Positions 17,701 to 27,291 of a stretch of 56,709 bases of DNA are shown here, piece by piece (positions within the stretch are counted from its first letter, which is position 1; every line of letters begins with the position of its first letter). The stretch comes from a virus. Its lineage: Duplodnaviria; Caudoviricetes. Below the pieces are notes generated by a model. The model was not told the DNA's origin. It was given only the letters and a program-made list of their open reading frames with translations, and searched no databases. The position numbers and the translations under genes are program-made. The DNA lies in the IMG/VR virus record IMGVR_UViG_3300048009_000562, positions 1-56,709 of that record; one strand, 5' to 3'.

Positions 17701-20445
17701 ATTTTAATTGAAGATAATTTTATTACTACAACTGACAGTAACAGCGACTTAGAACTACGTGCTTCAGGTACTGGTAAAATAGTAATACCAGACAACAATG
17801 TTCAAATTAATGATGACCTTACAGTAGGTGGCGATACTGATTTACAAGACACTGTTGTTAATGGAACATTTACTTTAACTGGTGATTTTAACCAAACAGG
17901 CGACAGTAATATTACAGGTAATGTTACAGTAACACAAGACATTGATGTATCAGGGCAAGCACAGTTTGAAGAAATATTAATTGACGATAACTTTATCACA
18001 ACTACTACTTCAAACACTAATTTAGAATTACGTGCTGTAGGAACTGGCAAAGTTCTTGTACCAAATAATGATGTAGAGATTACTAATGATGTAACTGTAG
18101 GCGGCACACTAACTGTTAATGATATTACAAGTACAGGTACAATTACAGCAAATAGATTTACTACTGGTGATATTTTAATTGATGATAATTTTATTACCAC
18201 AACACAGAGTAATAGCAATTTAGAATTACGTGCAAACGGTACAGGCGAAATAATTGTACCTAGCAATGATGTAACATTTAATAATAACATAGATGTTATA
18301 GGTTTGTCAACACTTGCTGACACAACTATCAACGGAACACTACAAGTAACTGGTAATGTAACACACACCGGCAATATACAGGTACTTGGTACGTCAACAC
18401 TTGATAAAGTTATAGTAAATCAAACTCTACAACTTGAAGAAATATTAATTGATGATAACTTTATTACAACTACATCAAGTAATGCAGATTTAGAATTAGC
18501 AGCAAATGGAACAGGTAGAGTTTTAGTTCCTAATAATGATGTTGTAATAACAAATGATTTAACTGTAGAAGGAACGTTTGCTGTAAACAATATAAGTGCT
18601 ACAGGAACAATCACAGCAAACAGTTATTCAACTGGTGACATATTAATTGATGAAAACTTTATCACAACAACACTTAGTAATAGTGATTTAGAATTACGTG
18701 CAAGTGGTACAGGTAAAGTTCTAGTACCAAGTAACAACATGCAAGTAAATGGAACGTTGAATGTCGACGGCCAATCAAATCTTGCAGGCACAACAATTAA
18801 TGGTACGCTTAATCATGTAGGTGCTACAGTAATTGACGGCGACTTAACACAAACTGGTAACCAAGTAATTAATGGTGGATTACAAGCCTCTGGCACTGTC
18901 CAACTTGAAGATATTCAACTTGCTAATAATGTAATTCAAACAACTGAAAGTAACAGTGATTTAGAAATTAGAACACAAGCTGGTCAAAACATTTTAATAC
19001 CTAATAGTGATGTAAGTGTAACTGGTGACTTAACTGTTAGTGGTCAACTTACTGTTGGTGATATTCAAAGTACAGGTACTATCGAAGCAAATAACTTTAC
19101 TACTGGCGATGTATTAATTGACGATAATTTTATTACAACTACAACATCTAACAGCGACTTAGAGCTACGTGCAAATGGAACTGGTAGTGTAGTAGTCCAA
19201 GACGATTTAGACGCAACACAAGACCTTACAGTAAGCGGAACGACTACTTTAAACGACACTGTAGGTATTACTGGTACAGTTACTCATGTAGGTAATACTG
19301 TACAAACTGGTACATATACACAAACAGGTACAACTGATATTACAGGCGGATTAACTGTAACAGGCGATGCTGATTTTGAAGGTATTAGTATATCAGGCAA
19401 TACTATTAGTAGTACACAATCAAATGCAGATTTAGAAATAAAAACGTCTGGTACTGGAGATATATTATTTCCAAATAATGATTTACAAGTTACAAATGAC
19501 TTTGTAGTTGGCGGCACACTAACTATTGGCAATTTAACAGCATCAGGAACAATTGAAGCACAAAAGTTTTCAACTGGTGATATTTGTATTGATGATAATT
19601 TTATTACAACAACACAGAGTAATAGCAATTTAGAATTACGCACAGCAGGAACAGGCTCTGTTACTATTGATAATTTTAGTATTAGCGGATCAACATTAGA
19701 TAACAGCGGCACTTTACTGGTGGATGCAGCTACTGGTTATACAATATTCTCTGGCACAGGTGCAATTAATATTCCAGTTGGTTCAACTCTACAAAGACCA
19801 TTTATTGCTACACCATCACTAGCTACTGGTTTTATTAGATATAACAATGATACAAATAGATTTGAAGGCTATAACGGAACTAACTGGGTCATATTACAAG
19901 GTGTTGAAGATTTAGACGGTGATACAAAAGTTACAGCAGAACTTGTTGAAGGTCAAAATGATAACAAAATTAGATTTTATACACAAAATAATGTAAGAGC
20001 TGATATTGATTCAAATAGATTTTATGCAGATAGATTTGAAGTAGATGATGTACAAATAGAGCAAAACACGATTAGCACACTTACTACTGATCAAGATTTA
20101 GTTTTAAGTGCAGCAGGTACTGGTAGAGTACAAATAGAAAACTTTGCCTTCGATGGCAACAGGATAATAAATACAGTATCGAATAGTATAACTCAGTTTG
20201 AAAATACAAACAACGGTTATGTCAAGTTTGCTGGAACAGGTGGACTTGTTATACCAAGCGGTACTAGTGCAGAAAGACCTGCAGTTGCTTATAGAGAAAT
20301 AGGCATGACAAGGTTTAACACTGAAGACGACAGAGTTGAAATATTTGATGGCATAAACTGGGCATCTTCAGCTGGTGCAGGATCAGGAATTAATCCTGCA
20401 GACGCAGCAGATTTAGCAATTGAAACGGTTTTATACTTAGGATAA
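14782..20445 (+). CDS. Giant fibre/virion structural protein A2 (paralogue of 8647)
   Basis: Shared N-terminus GRISGPLL..NL.RNGIDLAFETDL, a beta-helix domain, 14 shaft repeats and two P.G...RP..G..R.N motifs. Confidence 0.8.
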   Translation: MAVGRISGPLLKSNLIRNGIDLAFETDLLYLDVNNQRIGIRTNTPSHDLHVNGTARTTNLIVDNIAEIADITISGNTIQSANTLNLLTTGPDSVVYQRRLDIQSISIFDNVINTNDSNANLELRPNGTGQVEVFSNLEVNGDIHATGNISADGNITLGDADTDNVTFNAEVASDIIPDVTDTYRLGNSTKRWDQVWSDTINADTIAADSLVLDGVDMTLRQGNIFYVAKNGDDARTGTHPQDPFLTVGQALTQASTGDTVYIYPGAYEETFPLTIPVGVTVKGHSLRSVTITPTVGTNTNDAFLLNGETTVEDLTIKDFYSPGYAFKYATNMTVTSRSPYIKNITVITKGTTLTAEDPRGFNSADAGAGAYLDGSVVNASSKEASCLFHAVTFITPGVDTLIATNGVRIEWLNSFTYFANRGLYAFDGTAGKYNDGKTRVRLGGIAGGTFTAGDTITFTSTDSSTTIAVTAESVDNDVIVIDGKNVQFIDFDTTPQSISNGSGVTATTILNHDVRDFGAEIRMIGSASVYGNYGLYGDGPGVIVYAIGQNLAYIGNGKEVTNDAGTVLQDNEVIELNDAKIRFNTVDHKGDFRVGDLFYVNQDDGTVNFVANALNVDLTQGVTFTSNGNSTFVSGDRIDTGNLRISGNTIESLSGNINISPLTQTLNLNSDVNVDGSLDVTGNVTIGGNITIGDEASDTIQIVAGIDSDLIPNIDTAYNLGADNKMWKWLYANGADMGDIRITNNFIETTVSNADLELRASGTGRVLVPSADVEISGELSVGGDSVLQDVDIQGDLTITGNIVQTGDQTVIGDVNVGADLTVTGQAQFEEILINDNFITTTSSNTDLELRTNGTGEILIPNDNFRISNNLFANAIEANTLIGTTIDATNFTNSTIDINNNNITVLTPNTDLNIDAAGSGDVKINGSDVVIEQNLTVNGTTNLKDTTIIGSVVHTGDVTQTGNFNIAGEISNGNILIEDNFITTTDSNSDLELRASGTGKIVIPDNNVQINDDLTVGGDTDLQDTVVNGTFTLTGDFNQTGDSNITGNVTVTQDIDVSGQAQFEEILIDDNFITTTTSNTNLELRAVGTGKVLVPNNDVEITNDVTVGGTLTVNDITSTGTITANRFTTGDILIDDNFITTTQSNSNLELRANGTGEIIVPSNDVTFNNNIDVIGLSTLADTTINGTLQVTGNVTHTGNIQVLGTSTLDKVIVNQTLQLEEILIDDNFITTTSSNADLELAANGTGRVLVPNNDVVITNDLTVEGTFAVNNISATGTITANSYSTGDILIDENFITTTLSNSDLELRASGTGKVLVPSNNMQVNGTLNVDGQSNLAGTTINGTLNHVGATVIDGDLTQTGNQVINGGLQASGTVQLEDIQLANNVIQTTESNSDLEIRTQAGQNILIPNSDVSVTGDLTVSGQLTVGDIQSTGTIEANNFTTGDVLIDDNFITTTTSNSDLELRANGTGSVVVQDDLDATQDLTVSGTTTLNDTVGITGTVTHVGNTVQTGTYTQTGTTDITGGLTVTGDADFEGISISGNTISSTQSNADLEIKTSGTGDILFPNNDLQVTNDFVVGGTLTIGNLTASGTIEAQKFSTGDICIDDNFITTTQSNSNLELRTAGTGSVTIDNFSISGSTLDNSGTLLVDAATGYTIFSGTGAINIPVGSTLQRPFIATPSLATGFIRYNNDTNRFEGYNGTNWVILQGVEDLDGDTKVTAELVEGQNDNKIRFYTQNNVRADIDSNRFYADRFEVDDVQIEQNTISTLTTDQDLVLSAAGTGRVQIENFAFDGNRIINTVSNSITQFENTNNGYVKFAGTGGLVIPSGTSAERPAVAYREIGMTRFNTEDDRVEIFDGINWASSAGAGSGINPADAADLAIETVLYLG
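16990..19660 (+). repeat. Coding repeat array (ILIDDNFITTT.SN.DLELRA.GTG) with mostly alternating long and short spacers
   Basis: gataa(c/t)tttattacaac...ttagaattacgtgc recurs at DNA level. Confidence 0.85.
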
Positions 20446-20448
20446 TAA

Positions 20449-20778
20449 ATGGCAACGATATTTAAAAATAAAGTTATTAACAATGTAGGAACACAACCTA
20501 TAGACATTATAGAAACTAACTCAGCAACTCGAGTTACAGTAATAGGGTTAAGTTTAACTAATCTTACTGATAGTTTTGTGTACGTTAGTGTACTTCTAAA
20601 AGATGATACAAGCGTTACAGGACATTATATTAAAGATACGTTGCTTCCAGCAAATACAAGTTTGCGTGTTGTTGCAACAGGTGAAAAACTTATTGTTGCA
20701 CCTGATAATTGTGTGCAAGTAGTTGCAAGTACAGACGATGCTGTTGATGCTGTAGCAAGTTTTGTGGAGATAGTATAA
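20449..20778 (+). CDS. Small beta-sandwich virion adaptor (paralogue)
   Basis: VIGLSLTN...LPANTSL...GEKLIV pattern; follows a giant gene ending in AIETVLYLG. Confidence 0.7.
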   Translation: MATIFKNKVINNVGTQPIDIIETNSATRVTVIGLSLTNLTDSFVYVSVLLKDDTSVTGHYIKDTLLPANTSLRVVATGEKLIVAPDNCVQVVASTDDAVDAVASFVEIV

Positions 20779-21221
20779 TGAGTCACTATATAGGAAGTAA
20801 CCCAACAGACGTACAAAACGGATTTATCAAAAGATATTTTTACGGTTTACGTAGAAATGACGATGGTGAATTATTTTTAGTTAGAGTTGATCAACTTGCA
20901 GGCGGAGATACAAACAGTATTACAATTAACGATTTAGGTATATCAGAAGAAAACTTTTTAGACTTTGAAGAAGGTATTGATTACTTAGACGGTATTGATG
21001 AAAATAAAGATATTGTTTATCCTAACTTACGTTATCCACAACTACGTTGGGACGGTAGAAGCTTAACATATTTCATTGAAGCAAGTACAGGACATTTTGT
21101 ACAAGCAGTTAGTGAAAAAGTAACATTTGAAAATAACATTAGTTCACCGGCATATGGCGAAGGTGTAGATGATACGGTATTAATTCCTGGAGAAACAGGT
21201 GGACCAGGACCGGGATACTAG
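20778..21221 (+). CDS. Hypothetical virion protein
   Basis: Translationally coupled (TAATG) inside the structural operon. Confidence 0.6.
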   Translation: MSHYIGSNPTDVQNGFIKRYFYGLRRNDDGELFLVRVDQLAGGDTNSITINDLGISEENFLDFEEGIDYLDGIDENKDIVYPNLRYPQLRWDGRSLTYFIEASTGHFVQAVSEKVTFENNISSPAYGEGVDDTVLIPGETGGPGPGY

Positions 21222-21232
21222 AGGAAAAATAA

Positions 21233-24200
21233 ATGGCAGAATTTAAATTAGAACGTTTTAAGTATACATGGCAAGGCGAATGGATTGCAGGCAATGTATA
21301 CAAACGTGATGACATTGTAAGAGTTGGCGGTAAGTCGTATGTGTGTTTAGAAGGACATACAGCAGATGCTAAATTTAAAGTTGACTTACTTGCGGTATTA
21401 CCAGAAAGTAATCCACCACAAGCGGCACCAAGATGGCGCTTAATGACAGATGGTAGATCATACAAAGGTCAATGGGTAACAGCAACAACATATGCAATTA
21501 GTGATATTGTTGAAAAAGATGGCTCACTTTGGGTTTGTATTAACGAACATGATTCTTCAGACTTTGTAATTAACAAAAATGATTGGTCATTACTAGTATC
21601 TCATATAAAATATACAACAGACTGGGAAACAGCAACTGACTACGGGCCGGGCGCACTAGTAAAATACAACGGTATAGTTTACAAGTGTATTGAACCTCAT
21701 GTATCAGGATTGTTCTTAGAAGATAACCTTATAACAACACCAACTACATTACAAGTTGCTGTTGTTAGAAATGCAGAAGATACAGCAAACATATACACAT
21801 TGAACGGCATTCCGCAAGCAGAGCTTACATTTGCTAAAGGCAAAACATATGTGTTTGATCAAAGTGCTCCTACAGATGGCACTGATGATACTAACAAATT
21901 TTTTGGCGGCGGTGAAGATTTAAACGGCGACCCAATAGCAAACCCGCATCCATTATTACTAAGTAATGAAGCTGACGGAACGTTTGGTGACCCAGCAGGA
22001 ACAATTTATAGTACTGGCGTAACATATCTGTTAGACGGTAACGAAGTAACACAACAAAATTATATTGCTAATTTTGGCACAGCAGAAATAAGACAACTTA
22101 GAATATCAGTTCCATATACAGCACCTGAAAACTTATATTACTATTGTAGGTATCATGCAGGAATGGGCAGCACACTTACAATAGATAATTCAGCAGATGT
22201 TGCTTGGGAAGTATTTCACAGTGGAATTGAATATACAGGTGCATGGGCAAGAGAAACATTATATAGAAAAAATGATCTTGTACTATACGGCGGCAGTATT
22301 TGGAGATGTACAGAAACACACCAATCAGCAGCTTTAGGTACATTAAATGCTGAAGGCAAACTTGCTGATCAGTTAGATATTACAAAATTTAACATAGAAC
22401 TACCTGGTTTTCAATATGAGTCAGAATGGTCTAACACAGCAGAATATCAACCAGGTGACGTTGTACGTTATGGTGGTTACTTATACTTTGCTTCTAAATA
22501 CAACAGAGACGACCAACCAGCACAATCACAAGATAGTACACAAAGTTGGGTAGAATTACAATACGGTTACAACTTTAGAGGTGACTGGGAAGATGGTGCT
22601 GTTTACAATCCGGGTGATATGGTATTACGTGGCGGCGAGCTTTATATGGCACTTGTGTCAATAGGTAGTACAGAAGTTGATGGAAGCACATCAGACTATT
22701 TACAATCAGAAAAATGGCAATTAGTTATTCCAAGTAAAACTTGGGGACAAGCATGGTTAACCGACTCAAGATATCATGTAGGCGAAGTTGTTTATCACTT
22801 TGGTAATGCATATGTTTGTAATACATCACACGTTGCATCAAATGATAATTTCCCAGGTGATAATGGTAGTGGTTATTTTTATTGGGACTTATTAATACAA
22901 GCAGGACAAGCATCTGGACTATCGTCATTAGGTGACTTACTTACATATAACCTAAGCAGAACTAACGTTGGTGACGGAAGTACAGTTGGACCAACATCAG
23001 TACCAATAGGCGAACAAGATAATTTACTTGGCATTGATGATGCTGATAATATATTCTGGAGAGATTATATTCGAACAGCAGGTGAAATATTTGTAGGCAT
23101 ACACGGATCAGATAGCAAAGGATACGGACTATCGCCTGATAAACCGTTTAGAACAATTAGACATGCTGCTGAATACATACTAGATACATTCCCAGCACTA
23201 ACGCCTATTAAAATTAAAGTTAACACAGGAAGATATCTAGAAATAGGACCAATTACTGTTCCTGCAGGTTGTGTTGTAATGGGCGACGAATTACGTTCTA
23301 CTACTATAGTTGCAAGTGGTGCAAAAGAAGAATACCAAAACGAAACAGAACAATTTGCGGCTATGTGGGACTATATAGAAAGTGTTTTATTAAGTCTTTA
23401 TTCTAATATTGACGTACCTGCACTACCAGGAAATACAACTGTACTAAACAAAACACCAGGAATATTAGGACTATCTGAAACAAACTTAACTCAAACATTG
23501 TTTACTATTATAAAACAAAAAATAAATTTTGTTGCAGAAAGTGGTGATGTTGATCCTGCTATAGTAGGAACAAACATACAAACAGCAGACGTACAAAGAC
23601 GTCAAACAGCAAGTAAGTTAGAAAGCGTAGCAGAATGGTTATCACAGCAAGTTGAAGCATGGGTAAGACAAAATTATCCAGATAAAGTTTTTAGAACAAA
23701 CAGAGTTGCTGAAGACTTTTTACACTTTTTCAAAGCTACGATATATGACTTGCGATATGAAGGTACTTATAGATCGATACTATCAGCAGAACGTTATGCT
23801 CTTTCAATAGTGGGAAGTAATTTAGTAGATTTATTTAGACATAGAGATACAACAGGTTTAAGACAATGCACAGTCGAAGGACTAGACGGAAATCTAAACC
23901 CACCAGGTGTTTACGACTTGTATCAAAGACCAACATCGGGTGCGTTTACAGCACTTGATCCAGGTTGGGGACCAAACGATGACAGTGCATGGATCAACCG
24001 TCGATCACCTTATATTCAAGGTGTAACAACAATTGGTAAAGCATGTACAGGAATGCGAGTAAACGGATTATTACACAACGGCGGTAATAAGTCTATGACA
24101 GCAAACGATTATACACAAGTGTTAAGTGATGGCATTGGAGCATGGATATCAGATAATGGTAGAGCAGAACTTGTGTCAGTGTTTACATATTATAACCAAG

Positions 24201-27200
24201 TTGGATACTTAGCTGAACGCGGCGGAGTTATACGTGCAACAAACGGTAACAACTCATATGGCGCTTATGGTTCAATTGCAGACGGCATTGACCCTAATGA
24301 AGTTCCTGTAGTGGCATCTGTGTTTAATAGAGACAACGAAGCAACTGTAGACGGCGTGTTTGCAGGAGCATTTGGTGATGAAATTTTTGTATACGAATAT
24401 GAAAATGCAGGTGAAAAATATACAACAGCAACTAGTACAATAGCTGGTGCAGGTGCAAACGCATCCGCACTTCATGAAGATATTAGACACGGATCATTAT
24501 TCCAATCAAGAATTATTAACCCTGCAGACAGTGGTGCAGTTGGGGGTGTAGGATACACTAACATTCAAAACCAAGCAACGCAAGGTGATACAACTTCGAT
24601 TACACTAAATCCAAACGATACAGCAACAGAAGATGATCTCATAGGACAAGCAATATATATTATTTCAGGTAAAGGTACAGGACAGTATGGTTACATACAA
24701 GCGTACAATGAGATAAACAGTACAGCAACAGTTTATAAAGAAAGCACTGAAACTCCAGGCTGGGATCATGTTCTTTCAGGAACACCAATTGAAGCAACAT
24801 TAGAATCTAATACTAGATATAAAATAGAACCAAGAATTATATCAAGTAAACCTGCATTTACATCAACTAACTACAACATTTTAAATGGTAGAGATATTAT
24901 TGATATTGCATTTAGTAATACTACTTTTGAATATACAGATGTTCAAGGTACTCCAGGTACAGGAGATGTTATTACACAAGATGGATTAGCAGCAGCAAAT
25001 GCAGTATTTGACATTACTAAGAACGGCCTAGTGTACGAAGTTACAGTTACAGACGGCGGATTAGGATATGCTGTTGGTGACTCTATTGTTATTTCAGGAA
25101 GTGTACTTGGTGGCGAAGATGTCACTAACGACTGTACTATTAAAGTTTCTGGTACTTCAGACGATAGTTCAAACTCTATTACAAGTATTGTTGTTACAGG
25201 TACAGGACGTAGTGGTAAGTTTGTTGCTATTGCAAAACCAAACTTTGCACTAACTAGTGATAATGGTCAAGGTTGGAGCGAATCATTACTACCAAACAAT
25301 ACAGCAATTGATTGGCTTAAAGTGCAAGCAGGTAACAATAGATTTGTTGCTATTGCAAAAGGCTCCGACGAAGCTGCATATAGTTTAGATGGCGAAAATT
25401 GGACAGAAGTTACATTACCATTTGTTGAAAACTGGATTGATATAGAATTTGGTGAAGGTAGATTTGTTGTTATTGCAGAAAACTCAACAACAGTAATTCA
25501 GTCAGCAGATGGTATAACCTGGACATCTAGTAACATGCCTAACGATGCTATTGGTGATAGTGCATCAGCAGAATGGCAAGCAATGACATATGGTAAAGGT
25601 AAATTTGTTGCTGTTGCAGGTAATGACGGTACTGTAGGACATAGTACAGACGGTACAACATGGACTTTTGATGCAGGATTTGTAAGTACTCCTAATATAC
25701 AAGTAGCAGGTCTTGCATACGGAAATAACAGATACTTAGCGTTACTACAAACAGGCGAAACATATTATAGTTTTGATGGCACAACATGGACACAAGGTGA
25801 AGACGTTCCTACGCAAGATGGATCAACTATAATGAAATGGAATGATATGAAATTTGCAGAAGGTGTGTTCTTTGCAATCTGTGATGCTGATAACCAAGTA
25901 GTTGGCGGTGAATTAAACGGTAACGACACAAACTTTGCGGCAACAACAGAAGACGGTTTAGTATGGGAAGGTAGACAATTAGAAGTAATGAATCCATATT
26001 ACGGTATAGGTTTTGGTGTTGTAAACGATATAGGTAGTTGGATTATAGGTTCAAAAAATATTGCTCTTAACGGTGTTTCAAAAGTAGAAACAGGAGCCCA
26101 AGTAAAAGTTAGAGCTAAACTTGGAAGCGGCGGCTTAATACAAACAATTAAAATATTAGATCCAGGTAGTGGTTACACACAAGAAAATCCTCCAGTATTT
26201 ACAGTTACTGATAATGCATTTACAGCTGGCATAGGTTGGGAAAACAGAGTAGGCTCAGGCGTACTTGCACAACCAAGTTGGGTAAACAGAGGTATTGGAT
26301 ATAGATCAAGTACTACTAAAGTTACTATAACAGGTGACGGTTATGCAGACTTTATACCAGATACAAATATTATTAAGATATCAGGATTACCTCGTATACC
26401 AACAATTGGTAGCCAGTTACTATTTCCAAATATTTTAGATGACGCAACAATAGATCCAAATGATTTAAAAAGTTATCGTGTAGCTATAGCAACAGATTTA
26501 GGTGACGATGGTACAGGTAATAATACAAGACTTGCACAATTCCAAATTAGTCCACGTATGCGTACTGAAAATGATTTAATTCATGGAACATCAGTTACAA
26601 TTAACGAAAACTTTAGTCAGTGTAGAATTACAGGACACGACTTCTTAGACATTGGTACAGGTAACTTTATAGAAACAAATTATCCAGACATTTATGCAGG
26701 CGGCAACTATTTTAGAAGTGCTCCTGAAAATGAAGTATACGAAACAGATGGCGGACGTATATTCTATGTAAGTACTGACCAAGATGGTAACTTTAGAGCA
26801 GGTGAACTGTTTAGTGTTCAACAGGCAACGGGTGTTGTTACTATTAGTGCTGAGTTCTTTGACTTAGATGGTCTTTCAGAACTATCACTAGGTGGTGTAA
26901 GATTAGGTGGCTCGGGTGCTGTTGTAAGAGAATTTAGTACTGATCCAACATTTTCCGAAGATTCAAATAATGTTATTCCAACACAAAGAGCTATTGCAAC
27001 ATTCCTTGCAGATAGATTAAGTGTTGGTGGATCAGACTTAGAATTAAACGCAATACAAGCAGGCCAAATTTATCTAGGCGGCGAATTTAACGAAATAGGC
27101 AACATACAAAACAAGATAATAAATGTTGCTGTTCCAGTACATATGGAAGGGTCAAATGCACTTGGTAATACCACAGGATTAGGTGGCTCATATGTCGGAC

Positions 27201-27241
27201 AAATGATGTTACTTCGAAACTTTGAAGAAGGCATGAAGTAA
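21233..27241 (+). CDS. Giant fibre protein B1: 7 CBM5/12-like W..Y..D.V.YGG..Y.C...H repeats, cupredoxin-like insert, beta-helix, Asp-box/BNR-like propeller
   Basis: N-terminal repeats, YYYCRYHAGMG, RSPYIQG, S.DG..W repeats and a C-terminal GHDFLDIGTG...STDQDGNFR. Paralogue of 27292. Confidence 0.8.
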   Translation: MAEFKLERFKYTWQGEWIAGNVYKRDDIVRVGGKSYVCLEGHTADAKFKVDLLAVLPESNPPQAAPRWRLMTDGRSYKGQWVTATTYAISDIVEKDGSLWVCINEHDSSDFVINKNDWSLLVSHIKYTTDWETATDYGPGALVKYNGIVYKCIEPHVSGLFLEDNLITTPTTLQVAVVRNAEDTANIYTLNGIPQAELTFAKGKTYVFDQSAPTDGTDDTNKFFGGGEDLNGDPIANPHPLLLSNEADGTFGDPAGTIYSTGVTYLLDGNEVTQQNYIANFGTAEIRQLRISVPYTAPENLYYYCRYHAGMGSTLTIDNSADVAWEVFHSGIEYTGAWARETLYRKNDLVLYGGSIWRCTETHQSAALGTLNAEGKLADQLDITKFNIELPGFQYESEWSNTAEYQPGDVVRYGGYLYFASKYNRDDQPAQSQDSTQSWVELQYGYNFRGDWEDGAVYNPGDMVLRGGELYMALVSIGSTEVDGSTSDYLQSEKWQLVIPSKTWGQAWLTDSRYHVGEVVYHFGNAYVCNTSHVASNDNFPGDNGSGYFYWDLLIQAGQASGLSSLGDLLTYNLSRTNVGDGSTVGPTSVPIGEQDNLLGIDDADNIFWRDYIRTAGEIFVGIHGSDSKGYGLSPDKPFRTIRHAAEYILDTFPALTPIKIKVNTGRYLEIGPITVPAGCVVMGDELRSTTIVASGAKEEYQNETEQFAAMWDYIESVLLSLYSNIDVPALPGNTTVLNKTPGILGLSETNLTQTLFTIIKQKINFVAESGDVDPAIVGTNIQTADVQRRQTASKLESVAEWLSQQVEAWVRQNYPDKVFRTNRVAEDFLHFFKATIYDLRYEGTYRSILSAERYALSIVGSNLVDLFRHRDTTGLRQCTVEGLDGNLNPPGVYDLYQRPTSGAFTALDPGWGPNDDSAWINRRSPYIQGVTTIGKACTGMRVNGLLHNGGNKSMTANDYTQVLSDGIGAWISDNGRAELVSVFTYYNQVGYLAERGGVIRATNGNNSYGAYGSIADGIDPNEVPVVASVFNRDNEATVDGVFAGAFGDEIFVYEYENAGEKYTTATSTIAGAGANASALHEDIRHGSLFQSRIINPADSGAVGGVGYTNIQNQATQGDTTSITLNPNDTATEDDLIGQAIYIISGKGTGQYGYIQAYNEINSTATVYKESTETPGWDHVLSGTPIEATLESNTRYKIEPRIISSKPAFTSTNYNILNGRDIIDIAFSNTTFEYTDVQGTPGTGDVITQDGLAAANAVFDITKNGLVYEVTVTDGGLGYAVGDSIVISGSVLGGEDVTNDCTIKVSGTSDDSSNSITSIVVTGTGRSGKFVAIAKPNFALTSDNGQGWSESLLPNNTAIDWLKVQAGNNRFVAIAKGSDEAAYSLDGENWTEVTLPFVENWIDIEFGEGRFVVIAENSTTVIQSADGITWTSSNMPNDAIGDSASAEWQAMTYGKGKFVAVAGNDGTVGHSTDGTTWTFDAGFVSTPNIQVAGLAYGNNRYLALLQTGETYYSFDGTTWTQGEDVPTQDGSTIMKWNDMKFAEGVFFAICDADNQVVGGELNGNDTNFAATTEDGLVWEGRQLEVMNPYYGIGFGVVNDIGSWIIGSKNIALNGVSKVETGAQVKVRAKLGSGGLIQTIKILDPGSGYTQENPPVFTVTDNAFTAGIGWENRVGSGVLAQPSWVNRGIGYRSSTTKVTITGDGYADFIPDTNIIKISGLPRIPTIGSQLLFPNILDDATIDPNDLKSYRVAIATDLGDDGTGNNTRLAQFQISPRMRTENDLIHGTSVTINENFSQCRITGHDFLDIGTGNFIETNYPDIYAGGNYFRSAPENEVYETDGGRIFYVSTDQDGNFRAGELFSVQQATGVVTISAEFFDLDGLSELSLGGVRLGGSGAVVREFSTDPTFSEDSNNVIPTQRAIATFLADRLSVGGSDLELNAIQAGQIYLGGEFNEIGNIQNKIINVAVPVHMEGSNALGNTTGLGGSYVGQMMLLRNFEEGMK

Positions 27242-27263
27242 TTTTAAAGGAACAATAAAAATG

Positions 27264-27271
27264 TATAAATA
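27264..27271 (+). promoter_or_regulatory. T4-type late promoter (TATAAATA)
   Basis: Exact consensus in the intergenic region upstream of 27292. Confidence 0.75.
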
Positions 27272-27291
27272 CAATAACGGAGCATTACAAA

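Noticed and set aside
16990-19660. CRISPR-like array
   Set aside because: Repeats are degenerate, in-frame and protein-coding, with spacers too long and mutually related.
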